Of a stretch of DNA of 64,000 nt, positions 1 to 11,530 are shown piece after piece. Under the pieces are notes generated by a model. It had not been told where the DNA came from. It was given only the letters and a program-made list of their open reading frames with translations, and made no database searches. The translations under genes and the position numbers were made by a program. How positions within the stretch are numbered: position 1 is the stretch's first letter; each line of letters starts with the position of its first letter. This DNA is from Balanoglossus misakiensis (Eukaryota > Animalia > Hemichordata): the NCBI GenBank assembly GCA_040954595.2, contig CM082586.2, positions 7,905,337-7,969,336 on the forward strand. The letters run 5' to 3'.

Positions 1-177
1 AGTCATTTTATAAGACGCACCTTTTTTGAGTGACAGTGTGTGCCGAAAAGGGGGTGCGACTTATAATACCAATGTTCTGTTGTATTCATTTCCTTAAAAT
101 CTCCTCCCAAACAAGTCTTTCAAAGAAGGTGTGCGACTTATAATACCGCTGCGACTTATAAAGTGACTTTAACGGTA
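1..177. mobile_element. pogo/Tc-mariner-type MITE, left end cut by the window edge
   Basis: Window start AGTCATTTTATAAGACGCAC is a near reverse complement of GCGACTTATAAAGTGACT at 151-168. Internal TGCGACTTATA repeats; ends ...AACGG followed by TA. Confidence 0.6.
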
Positions 178-277
178 TTACTTAATTATAGCCATCCATT
201 TGAATTTGCAAAAATAAGCCTACATTAGTTAAATTAGCCAGTTTTCCCAGAACATTTCATTGGTATTTGTCTAGTAG

Positions 278-945
278 TTACTACCATCGTAACCGCATTC
301 AAGAGGGTGATGATAAGGGAGATGTTTAAGATCACAGCTGAGCCATCTGTTGCAAGGGCTACTAACACTAAAGTTCCACCAGACGAAATTCCATCGCAGT
401 TTCTGAACTATTTCATCGCCAAGGTTTTGCGACTTCGAGAAGGTCTACCCATGCAGTCTCAATGTTGATACTGTCAATGTACTACCACCCCACACTTTCC
501 CATCTTTCAGCATTACGTCTGCTGAGTAAGACTGTCCTTTGCGTGTCCACAATGACATCATGCTTGCTCTCAACGACAAAAAGGTGTTCTCCTTGTCATA
601 CTAGATTCATCGGCCACGTTTGACACAGTTGACCATGACATTCTGCTACTCAGACTCAATATCGTTTTCGCATTACTGGCACCGCTGTATTGTTGTTCAG
701 ATCATATCTCGACAATCGTTATCAGTATGTCAAGGTACAGTCAAGGTACAAAGTACAATGATGAAGTACAGTGTCCCCCCAAGGTTCGGTGTTGGGTACT
801 GTTCTGTTCACTCTATACATGGCACCAATTGAAGACATCATGGTTTATTAAACTACATGATGTATTCAGATGAATCACAGGTCTATGTTGTTTGTGATAG
901 AGCGAATGAAGTCGAAGTCTCTGTCGAGGTACGCGTGAACGAAAT
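278..945 (+). pseudogene. Degraded L2/CR1-type non-LTR retrotransposon ORF2 (reverse transcriptase) fragment
   Basis: Manual translation across frameshifts gives QFLNYFIAKVLRLREGL, LRVHNDIMLAL, LDSSATFDTVDHDILLLRL, FRSYLDNR, VPQGSVLG and YSDESQVY (degenerate YADDTQLY). Internal deletions are present. Confidence 0.8.
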
Positions 946-1366
946 TAGCAGCAGGGGCAGTGTCATGAATTCAAGTTTTACATATTCATAGTTTCTTTTG
1001 TTCACACTTTTGTTAACATTTTTTCCAGAGTGTTTTGTGTACAGGAGGAAAACGGTAGCAGCAATGGTTCTTACGTTCCGGTTATGTTTTTCATATCCAA
1101 GATTTTTGCAGCTGTTCTTTTGGATATTTGAAGTGCCAACGCCTGTTCGAAAGACTGGTGGAGTTCGGAAGTTTGTGAAACTTCTAGTATTTGTGCATAT
1201 TGCAGTTGGATAAGATTTGAGTGATTTACCTGTATTACATACGGTAGCGTATACCCTTACGAAGTTGTTTTCTTGCGGTAAACATGTGGCGAAGTTGCGG
1301 CACGCAAATTTCTGACTGCAAAATTGTGGCGACTATTCGCTGATGGTCGCCAGTACCGGCACACTT

Positions 1367-1620
1367 CTGGCGATCAGTCAAGCCTTTTGTGGCACGTATG
1401 CCGCAACATTTAAGTAAACACAGAGTGTCTTGTACTACTGGTGATCAGTGGAGCCTTTTGCGGCGCATATACAGCAAAAGTAAAGTAAACAAGGAGTTTG
1501 ATATTATCTGGTGATCAGTGGAGTCTTTTGCGGCACGGTTGCGGTATATATGACAGAACGTTCAAGTAAACAGAATTTGAATATGCAGCTGGTTATAATT
1601 ACTTTTTGGTGACATGTGCA
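1367..1620. repeat. Subterminal ~70-bp tandem repeats (3-4 copies) of the TIR element
   Basis: CTGG(C/T)GATCAGT..AG.CTTTTG.GGC units start at 1367, 1438 and 1508, with a degenerate unit at 1589. Confidence 0.75.
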
Positions 1621-2357
1621 GAAACGAGAATGAGGCTGATTTCATGTAGGTTACACTGGGATCTCTGTGCCCATCAAAAACCATGAATTTGATGTCACCA
1701 ATCCATACAGCTGGAAGCTGCTTCACTTGAATACTGTGGTAGCGATATTTGTGCATTACCAGAGGTCAGTAGTTTGAACAATTTCCTGAGGATGATGTCA
1801 TAATCTTGTACTAAAAGAAAAACTCTGATGTTGATCCAAGACATACCGGTATACCAGTAAGAGGACACTTGAGACAAGAACATTGCAATGACATGTATAG
1901 AGCTGGGTGAGTTTCTAAATGTTGTTGGTTTCTGTGGTAGTTGAATCACTTGAGATAGCTATAAAATAATTCCTGTTGCTGAAATAAACAATGAGGGTCA
2001 CAATTTCACAAAGAAATGATGTTTGGTCCATGCCTGTTGAATATACTTGGGATAACTCTCCTTATGGGAAGTACCTAAGTACATGTATGAATATGACACA
2101 CCAGATTCACATGAGAATTAAGATTTGCTGAAGCAAGATACATGTACTGGGAAGTAAGTGAAAGTGTCATTGCAAACTTAAGAACAGAATGAATAGATTG
2201 GCAATTCTTTTTACGGGTGGCTGGTAGTTAGGAAGGGGCCACAGTAGGGATTAATTATTAGCAAGCAGGCATAAAACCTCTTCTGGTCCACCAATAGCAA
2301 GAGGGCAGAATTTGCGGCATATACGCCGCAAACCCCTGTTTTGGCATACGTGCCGCA

Positions 2358-2534
2358 ATGTGCCACAAAGTTGCGGTATGTTTACCCCAACTGCAATTTA
2401 TGATCCAGTGTGATTATTGCTATGAATGGTTTCATGGAGCGTGTGTGAATGTTACACCAACCGACATTAAGAAAAACGAAATGTTTTCTTGTCCTAACTG
2501 TAAACCAAGCGAAATAACCGCAGTTTCAGTGTAA
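2358..2534 (+). CDS. Small ORF or exon remnant encoding a PHD finger (58 aa, below the ORF-track cutoff)
   Basis: Translates MCHKVAVCLPQLQFMIQCDYCYEWFHGACVNVTPTDIKKNEMFSCPNCK..., matching the PHD pattern MIQCDxCxEWFHGxC...CPxC. The first Cys pair is atypical. Confidence 0.7.
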   Translation: MCHKVAVCLPQLQFMIQCDYCYEWFHGACVNVTPTDIKKNEMFSCPNCKPSEITAVSV

Positions 2535-2570
2535 CCTCATCAATGTCTCTTATTCTTTCTTGTACAGATC

Positions 2571-5500
2571 ATGGACTCCCAGCGGTATCGCGGGGGACCT
2601 CGCCCGAAAAAGAAGCATATGACCTGGCAAGAAGTGGTGGAGGCAGACCGGAAACGGATTCTGCTTCCACCACGAGACCTCACCTACAGCATCAGGAAGG
2701 CCATAGTCACGCTCCCTGAAAAGGAGAGGATGCTGTTACGTCAGTACCAACTAGCGACTCGGAGAGGCCATTGGCATTGGGTGGAGAATACACGCCGCGA
2801 AGCCGATGTGGTCTTCTCCGAGGAATGGCTGTACAGGCATCTTCTCCATCGGGATCTGCACAAAAACAGGATCCCGCAACGGAAGTTCCGTCCCAGCAGT
2901 ACCGTCACGTCTAGACCCTGCCGTGATATTCGTCTACAGACGCAGCCCGATCTTCCGACCGTCAAGCACCTGCTGAAGAAGTCCGGGGAGACGGTCGTCG
3001 TGGAAGATACTGTGCAAGACAGGGACCCAGTCACCTTCATCGCATCAACATCGAGGGCATCCTCACCCCGAAGAACATCGGCACAACCATCTTCTGCAGT
3101 GGCGGCGCCCCGTGAATTGTACTCTGCAGTGGCTGCGTGGCGACCCCTGGCAGAACCACCTCGAGAGAAACCCCGTGAGCCACCACGGGACGCATCCAGC
3201 CAGCCACGGAAAGGTACCGCGAAACCCCGTGAGCCACCACGGGAGACATCCAGCCAGCCACGGAAAAGTACCGCGAAACCCCGTGAGCCACCACGGGAGG
3301 CATCCAGCCAGCCACGGAAAGGTACCGCGAAACCCCGTGAGCCACCACGGGAGGCATCCAGCCAGCCACGGAAAAGTACCGCGAAACCCCGTGAGCCACC
3401 ACGGGAGGCATCTAGCCAGCCACGGAAAGGTACCGCGAAACCCCGTGAGCCACCACGGGAGACATCCAGCCAGCCACGGAAAGGTACCGCGAAACCCCGT
3501 GAGCCACCACGGGTGGCATCTAGCCAGCCACGGAAAGGTACCGCGAAACCCCGTGAGCCACCACGGGAGGCATCCAGCCAGCCACGGAAAAGTACCGCGA
3601 AACCCCGTGAGCCACCACGGGAGGCATCCAGCCAGCCACGGAAAGGTACCGCGAAACCCCGTGAGCCACCAGGGGAGGCATCCAGCCAGCCACGGAAAGG
3701 TACCGCGAACCACGGGAGGCATCCAGCCAGCCACGGAAAAGTACCGCGAAACCCCGTGAGCCACCAGGGGAGGCATCCAGCCAGCCAGGGAAAGGTACCA
3801 CGAAACCCCGTGAGCCACCAGGGGAGGCATCCAGCCAGCCACGGAAAAGTACCGCGAAACCCCGTGATCCACCAGGGGAGGCATCCAGCCAGCCACGGAA
3901 AAGTACCGCGAAACCCCGTGAGCCACCAGGGGAGGCATCCAGCCAGCCAGGGAAAGGTACCGCGAAACCCCGTGAGCCACCACGGGAGGCATCCAGCCAG
4001 CCAGGGAAAGGTACCGCGAAACCCCGTGAGCCACCACGGGAGGCATCCAGCCAGCCAGGGAAAGGTACCGCGAAACCCCGTGAGCCACCACGGGAGGCAT
4101 CCAGCCAGCCAGGGAAAGGTACCGCGAAACCCCGTGAGCCACCACGGGAGGCATCCAGCCAGCCACGGAAAAGTACCGCGAAACCCCGTGAGCCACCACG
4201 GGAGGCATCCAGCCAGCCACGGAAAGGTACCGCGAAACCCCGTGAGCCACCACGGGAGGCATCCAGCCAGCCACGGAAAGGTACCGCGAAACCCCGTGAG
4301 CCACCACGGGAGGCATCCAGCCAGCCACGGAAAAGTACCGCGAAACCCCGTGAGCCACCACGGGAGGCATCCAGCCAGCCACGGAAAAGTACCGCGAAAC
4401 CCCGTGAGCCACCACGGGAGGCATCCAGCCAGCCAGGGAAAAGTACCGCGAAACCCCGTGAGCCACCACGGGAGGCATCCAGCCAGCCAGGGAAAAGTAA
4501 CGCGAAACCCCGTGAGCCACCACGGGAGGCATCCAGCCAGCCACGGAGAGGAACGCAGAAACCCCGTGAGCCACCACGGAAGACATCTAGCCAGCCACCG
4601 AAAGGAACGCAGAAGATGGAGGCCCGTGAGCCACGACGGAAGACATCCAGCCAACCAGGAAAAGTACGGCGAAACCCCGTGAGCCACCACGGGAGGCATC
4701 CAGCCAGCCACGGAAAAGTACGGCGAAACCCCGTGAGCCACGACGGAAGACATCCAGCCAACCAGGAAAAGTACGGCGAAACCCCGTGAGCCACCACGGG
4801 AGGCATCCAGCCAGCCACGGAAAAGTACGGCGAAACCCCGTGAGCCACCACGGGAGACATCTAGCCAGCCACGGAAAAGTACCGAGAAACCCCGTGAGCC
4901 ACCACGGGAGACATCTAGCCAGCCACGGAAAAGTACCGCGAAACCCCGTGAACCACCACGGGAGGCATCCAGCCAGCCACGGAAAGGTACCGCGAAACCC
5001 CGTGAGCCACCACGGGAGGCATCCAGCCAGCCACGGAAAAGTACCGAGAAACCCCGTGAGCCACCACGGGAGGCATCCAGCTAGCCACGGAAAAGTACCG
5101 AGAAACCCCGTGAGCCACCACGGGAGACATCTAGCCAGCCACGGAGAGGAACGCAGAAAATGGAGCGCGCTAAACCAAGGAAGCGAGAGCGGGGTGAGGA
5201 ATCTCGTCTGGAGGTGACTATACAGCGTGATGGGAAGCGGAGGCAACGTTCCGTTGTATGGATGGCACAGGAGGCGAAGGGGGTGGCAAAGTCGAAAACC
5301 ACCACGACTGCAGCGACCAGTTCCTGTAGGGGTAGAGGGAGCAGAAAATCTACCAGCGGCCGCGCATGTCCCTGCCCTATTCCAGGATGTGGGCGGACAT
5401 CAAAACGTCTCAAACGGCACTGCTTCTTCTACCATATCGACCCCCGTCTACAGGAAAACCCACTTATCATGCAGACAGCTGATGTAACTCATGCCATGCT

Positions 5501-5944
5501 GAAGCTTGCGGGCTGGGTTTTGGGCCCAAGAGGAACTGTCACCAAGGTGCTGGAGTACTTCCTGCAACATCACTTGAAGAACTCCCAGCATCCTCTGCGC
5601 TCACCGAAGCCAACTGTCTGATGATGAAGCGACTGTGCCAGACCAGCGGATGGGCTGTACCACAAAGATTCTCGCTGCATCCACCGAATTCGCCAGCCGT
5701 CCTTCTGCATTGGAGGATTCTCGTCATCCTCCTTTCGCACCTGACTGAGGAGCAGCGGGAAGCCTTTCAACCAGTGGTACCCCAAGGGAGCATGGTGAGT
5801 CCCGGTCTCCTACCCCTGAGGGGGAGACCATCTCTCGCTCACCATATCATCAGATGCCGGAACTGGAAGGCCCCGAGGCAGAGCACGGCGAGCCTCAGTC
5901 ACCTACCCCTAGGGGAGAGACTGTCTCCTGCTCACCGTGTGTAG
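2571..5944 (+). pseudogene. Frameshifted large ORF of the TIR element: basic N-terminus, 18-aa repeats, C2H2-like finger, PPNSPAVLLHWR domain
   Basis: Polypyrimidine-AG acceptor just before ATG 2571. ORFs 2571 and 5160 are in the same frame. The array carries a 13-bp deletion (~3708) and two 1-bp losses (~4655, ~4762), net in-frame. CPIPGCGRTSKRLKRHCFFYH at ~5375-5435. A further frameshift lies near 5590-5620. Confidence 0.65.
3168..5160 (+). repeat. 54-bp GC-rich minisatellite, ~36-37 copies, encoding KPREPPREASSQPRKGTA
   Basis: Unit AAACCCCGTGAGCCACCACGGGAGGCATCCAGCCAGCCACGGAAAGGTACCGCG repeated head-to-tail with few substitutions. Confidence 0.97.
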
Positions 5945-7879
5945 ACCAGGAAATGGTATCAGAAAATGAAGGTGAGTTCCATTCTCCAACTCATGCGAGG
6001 GAGATCACACATTCACCAGTAGCCTCACGAAAATATGCATTAGCCGCGCGTGCGCTGCAAACAGTTGCGGTAAGTTTACCACAACTGTGCGCCAGAAGCC
6101 TTATTTTTTCGTAAGGGTAGACAGTGCGTGAACACAGATGTTGTTATATGTGATCGGTAGCCTATAGCCAGAATTGATATTTCATAATTTTCCATTCTGA
6201 AGATAAACATTTACTTTGCTTGCATGGGGCTAGTATTTACATATTAAAGTTTGTTTTATAAAGCAACTTCTATGTGGTGGTCATGTGTTCAGTGTTTCCA
6301 CATCAGCAAATTTTCCTCGCACCGTGACAGGCAGAAAGTTTTTGACTCAGACAACAATGGATATAAGACTACTTCCCCTAAAACTCTGCGTGCCAGGAGT
6401 GTGAAAATAGACCTTCTCCATCTCACAGTCATGTACATGAAAAATGCTTATACACTATTATCAGATGACACATTGGACATCGTCTTCTTGCAAGGTTTAT
6501 TTCATACTGTGCACTTTTGTGTCATGATTATTTTATTTCTACTCATGTTAGATCATGGCCATAGAAGAAGACAGACGCCACTACAATAATATGGACACTC
6601 TATCATTGGCGGAGTCTATATGCCACAGAAAACAGAAAATGTCACACCGAAGATTACTTTCTGTTTGGCGCTGAATGTACATGTAAGTACCGGTATATTA
6701 CATTTTTATTGATTATTTTTAACGTGAGACTAAGAAAAATCTCCAAGTGTACATGGCTGATGGTGAAGTTTCATGATCTCTTCATTATTTATATAGATAT
6801 GTGAATTTTTTTGTTCAACTCAATATTCAAAGGTTCATGAACAGTATACTGAGTAAAGTTACAAAGTAGGAGTATAACTAAAGTGCACCGTCTTACCCTC
6901 ACCAGACAAAAACATGAACCTAAATGCTACCAGGTTAATACATGCAAAATGCGCAGAGGCCTCACCAACTGTACTTATTTTTTCGAACGCACAGATAGTC
7001 ACCCCAGAAACACAAGGCTTGAGTTACTTTGGTTTTTCTGTAATTGCTTTTTGGTGGGTAAGTTATGATTCCCTTTTTATTCAGTGTTCTCAATTCTATT
7101 TTTGTCTTCAAGTGCTTCATTTTCAAGCTGCTTCAAAAGTAGGGTCAAGAGCAAACGCTATGTACCAGCACTGAAGATGTAAACTTAATACCCTCTATTT
7201 ACAAACCATTTGCACATACAGAAGATTTTGTTTGGGCACCAGACAATGATGCCAGACGGCAGTTGGCAGAGGAAGTTGGAAAATGTGGGAGGCGATTAAC
7301 GATACATTGGACCATGGAAAGAGGCATATCATCGCATTGGGACCAATAGAAGCAGACGGCTGGATGATATTCCCATGCATACTGTGGGACTTCAGCCAGA
7401 CAAAGCGAAACCATCTCAAGAAGGCAACTATAACAGAGTTGAAAAGAAAATATTCAGAACTTGACTCTGTAAGGTAAGACTTCCACACTTTCCAGTGTGC
7501 TCACAGATGGTATTAGTCATTTACATGTGTTTCATTTGGCGCAAAAATTCAGGTTCACAAAATTTGCAACTGACATTTTCACAACAGACACTCAGTATGT
7601 AATCATGAACGTTGATGTCAAGATTTCACGGAAAAAGTACAGGGTTGAAGACTGGGGTGTAATCCTTAAGAAGTAGAAGTCTTTCAACGTGACACATGGC
7701 AGCCATCCTTTGATTTAGGATGCTAGGACAAGAAAGAGAATAGCTAAATAGTCTTAAGCGTCCCCAAGAAGAGGCGGCTTACAAATCCCTTCCACATATT
7801 GTTGCGTTGAAACACAGTCGCCAAGAAGAATACAGCAGATTACATTCAGCCCTGCAAACTTCATAAAGTTGTGATGAAC

Positions 7880-8540
7880 GCTTTCCTTGCCAGGCTTAGC
7901 AGTGACGTTCCAGATCGGATTGCAGTCAGCTGGGGATACTTTTAACACCTGGATCGACCATATGTACTGGAAGTTTGGCCAGCTGAGCATTTGGCCACAC
8001 AGAGTAAAATGCCACCAAATTTTAAGACAGATTTCAAGACAACCATGGTTATTATTGACTGTACAGAATTAAAGACTCAAGCCCCGAGTGCCTTAGGCCT
8101 TCAAAGCCAGTTATATAGTGAATATAAATCAAACACCACACTGAAAAGTTTAGTGGGCTGTGACCCTAGTGGTTCTTTAGTTTTTGTTTCTGAATTATTT
8201 ACTGGGGGGATATCCGATGTTGAAATTTCAAGGGAGAGTAGTTTTCTTAATTTGTTAGAGAATTTATTAGCTAGTGGATACCTTAAGAGGGGAGATGCCA
8301 TTATGACAGATAAGGGATTTACAATTCAAAATGAGATAGCTGTACTTGGATTACAGTTGAATATCCCCCCCTTTTGTATCCTCCGCTTCCCAAATGTCTG
8401 TTGCAGTAACACAAATCACAGAGAAAATTAAGCCAAACACTTACAGAACTCGTATTGAGAGACTGATAGCTAAAGCATACACAATTGTGACTGAAATTTT
8501 TCCAACATAATTATTCCAACCTCTCTTCAACAGGATAAAT
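7880..8540 (+). pseudogene. Harbinger/ISL2EU-type DDE_Tnp_4 transposase relic
   Basis: Motifs TFNTWIDHMY...IWP, IIDCTEL, YSEYKSNTTLKSLVGCDPSG, FTGGISD, GDAIMTDKGF, LNIPPF and RIERLI, interrupted by frameshifts. Confidence 0.9.
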
Positions 8541-9404
8541 TCTGTTAAAAGTTCCTTCTTGTTATCGCTTTCTGCATTATTAGTCAGATCTATGTAGTGA
8601 GGGTTAGCATTTTAACTGTATATGACATTGAAATGAAAAAAAATTGTGTCATCTGTTGTCATGATATAAACTCCATGAATAGAAATGATTGTTGCATGAA
8701 AATAACAGAGAGGCACTAATCAATTGGCTTTGATGTTATAAAATTATTGTTCATCTCCTTCTAAAATGTTCATTGTTAAGGAATAAATACCATACACTTT
8801 TATTGGTGCTATCCTGAAAGGAAATATAATTATTCATGGCCATGGTACATATAGATCTTTCCATGTTATGAAATCCAATATGGCTGGCAAGGTCATGTGA
8901 CCTGACATGGTCACATGATCTTTCATGGTCACATGATCTTTCATTTTATTTTTGTGAGTTTCAATGTTGTGCAATTTAGAAACAGAAGTTTTATTCTCAA
9001 ATAAAATTTGATACCAGATGTTGACAAATGATCTGTAATTGAGACCCAGGTATTTTATCAAGGAAATGTATTCATCACTCTCTTTGGAGTAATATTCTTT
9101 CCATGTTACTCATCTTCCGATGCAGAGGTTGTTTGAACGTAATATTGTCTTTTGCAATGTTTTTTTCTTTGAAAGAATACGGAAAATTATTGAAATGCCC
9201 CAAAATTCTGCATTTGTGTAAAATTTTCTGAAATCAAATATGGCCGCCAGGATCATGTGACCTCATGGTATGGTCACGTGACTTTTGTGTAGTTTTCTTG
9301 GTTATCATGTATATAGCAATACTCACTGAAAATGCCATCCTGAATGCTCAAGTAGTTGCAAAGATACAGCTTACTGTTACCAACTGTAGGGGGAGGGGGG
9401 CAAT

Positions 9405-9550
9405 GGTGAGCAATTATTCTGCGGGTGTTATGCAAAAACTGAAAGTTGCATACAATAACGCTGCGCGAATCTTAATTGCTGGGTTATGAACAACGGAGTA
9501 GTGCGAGTTCAATGTTTGTAACCAATAGAATCAACAACTTTGAAGCCCTT
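9405..9550 (+). pseudogene. C-terminal fragment of a non-LTR retrotransposon RT
   Basis: SNYSAGVMQKLKVAYNNAARIL / GYEQRSSASSMFVTNRINNFEA resembles the KLxVAYNNxxRxL...SASxMF tail of LINE ORF2 proteins. Confidence 0.6.
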
Positions 9551-9997
9551 TATGGAAGCAGATTTATGGTTTAAGACAGCGACTTGTAAAAAGTACAATG
9601 TAGTACATGTAGTACAAATTACCGACAACATCAGCAAACAACAAAGAAAGAAAGACAGACAAGCACTTTATACCCGTGTTAAGAACAGCATAAAAAATCA
9701 CGTTAAAAATTACAGATTTAAAACAAAATCCTTGGCTCAAGCTGGCATGAAAAGACCAATGTTGGAAAACCAGAGTCTTTGGAATGGAACAAAAGCACAT
9801 TTGTTGGTGAAATATTCAGATGCATGGCAAAGAGGTAAACTGGGGACGGACTTTGACCCTCCCCGTGTTCTCGTCAACTCCCGTTCTGTGAATTAGCATA
9901 TCAATAGAAGTCATCCTATGGTAAGTAAATTGATATGAAGTAAAATTGACAGATCAGCACCTCAGGAAAGTGCCCAAAATGATTTATAAAATAATGC

Positions 9998-10324
9998 ATG
10001 GCAGTACTATCATCAAAAAGAAAACACAAAATTGCAAGAAATGCTGCACATTATTATGCATTTAAAAGAAGGAAGAACATTATGAAAACAGGAGAAAAGA
10101 ATTGCACTTTCAAAGAATTAACTCTAGAGTTATTCAGACAGTTGTTTAGAGAATGGGAAGATCTGTCTACTAAAGAGAAAGACAAGTACATTAAAGAGTG
10201 GGAAACTGAAAAGTTAAAATTATGTGACAACAAAGTCGTACTGCAGAACAATGTTAACAAAATGAATATTATAACATTATTAAATCTCCTATGTAATGTA
10301 ATAGAGAAAAATAGACACGATTAA
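9998..10324 (+). CDS. HMG-box-like ORF (108 aa), probably mobile-element or virus derived
   Basis: ARNAAHYYAFKRRKNI...TFKELTLELFRQLFREWEDLSTKEKDKYIKEWETEK fits HMG-box helices (W..LS.xEK.KY). Confidence 0.5.
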   Translation: MAVLSSKRKHKIARNAAHYYAFKRRKNIMKTGEKNCTFKELTLELFRQLFREWEDLSTKEKDKYIKEWETEKLKLCDNKVVLQNNVNKMNIITLLNLLCNVIEKNRHD

Positions 10325-11296
10325 ATGTAAGATCTCAGGTGAACTCAATGCCCTGGCCCTGATGTTGGCTTCAAAGAACTGTCCATCCACCCAGCCGATT
10401 TAGATCCATAATTTCGGAGGTGACCGACGCACATATCGATGGAGCCAAGCCTTCCCTAATTGCTACTTCAGCTTCTACGCCAGCATGGCCTGCTTTGATC
10501 GGGTCAAGCACTGAGGGAAATCCCTAAAGACAGGCCTCCTCCTGGAAACGAACTCACCACACGTGGGGATCAGCAGTTTAATTACCCCGTGTTTTTGGAA
10601 ACCACGGCTAACAACACCCGGCGCCTGTTCCTTTTTTAAAGTGGAAGCATAAAGATGCAGCTGAACAAAGTGCAGATTCGCCTCAACCTTCGTGAGTGGG
10701 AAATACAGATTAGTAAGAAGTGAGTCTGATTATATTATTTCTGTTTGATAGTTGTTGCTGCTGTTCATTCAATATTTTCGGGCAAATTCCGATGCTGTCT
10801 ATCTTTGGGCAACATTGCAGCGTACACATTAACACAGGGAATTATATTTTTCTCTTTTCAGGTGGACTGATCAACACAGAATTCTGTGCAGCTGGCAAAG
10901 CCATCCTGCAGTTTCCATGGTTATCAAGGAATATGGTCTTACGTGCAATAGTTGATAATGGTACACTTGTTGTAGATCTGTGGTGCTGGTCGGCGGAGAA
11001 CAGATCCTGTGTTGCATAAGCCATGTGTGTTGTCTAGCATTGTGGATCTCAATCACTATTTTGCTGCAAGGTCATGCATATGGGATCTACTTGTTTTTGG
11101 AAAGGTGGAAGTGAGTTTACCTTCATTGTTAACATTGTGCCACTTTCTGGGGTAGAGGGGCAAGTGAGCAACATAGTGGAGATAATGATCCTCGGCTACA
11201 GGAACTTCAGGGATAAAGTTCATGACACCAAGAACGTAACTTAGTATTTCTGAAAAACCATAAAACTCAGCATGTGTTTTCCTTATATCTTGAAAG

Positions 11297-11530
11297 GTAA
11301 TGGGAGGATGGATTCACCAGGTTTTTGTGCCCAATATTGCACATATACTTTTATGGAATATGAGTCCAAAGACATCCTGGACATTATTACACAGGATAAA
11401 AGGCAAACAGAAAAGAAATGGACAATAATGGAGAAGGCAGCATTTGAAAAGTCATTGGATCATCTGTTGGCAGAAGGGAAAGTGGTTGAAGTGATGACAA
11501 ATTCACATTCACAGATTACAGCTTTGATCT
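11297..11530 (+). pseudogene. Kolobok-type DDE transposase exon relic
   Basis: After an AG acceptor: GNGRMDSPGFCAQYCTYTFMEYESKDILD...DKRQT...MEKAAFEKSL...VVEVMTNSHSQITAL, i.e. the GDGRxDSPG...EVxTDxH motifs with both catalytic D changed to N. Confidence 0.7.

Larger units (their letters stand above)
1254..6117 (+). mobile_element. 4.86-kb TIR DNA element, CACTA/EnSpm(CMC)-like termini, non-autonomous with coding cargo
   Basis: TA|CCCTTACGAA at 1252-1263 and TTCGTAAGGG|TA at 6108-6119 give a 10-bp perfect TIR and a TA duplication. A GTTGCGGTA...TTACC(A/C)CAAC motif recurs at ~1272 (partial), ~2370 and ~6063. No transposase motif seen inside. Superfamily is inferred. Confidence 0.75.

Noticed and set aside
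3168-5160. CRISPR-like array (regular repeats with an internal hairpin)
   Set aside because: Units are contiguous with no unique spacers, there are no cas genes and the context is eukaryotic. It is a minisatellite.
2741-5246. Long minus-strand and alternative-frame ORFs over the array
   Set aside because: They arise because the 54-bp unit lacks stops in most frames. Only the KPREPP frame connects to unique N- and C-terminal coding sequence.
7220-7477. Exon-like ORF (MWEAINDTLDHGKRH...) as part of a host gene
   Set aside because: It has a donor site but no recognisable family and no compatible neighbouring exons; treated as a mosaic fragment.
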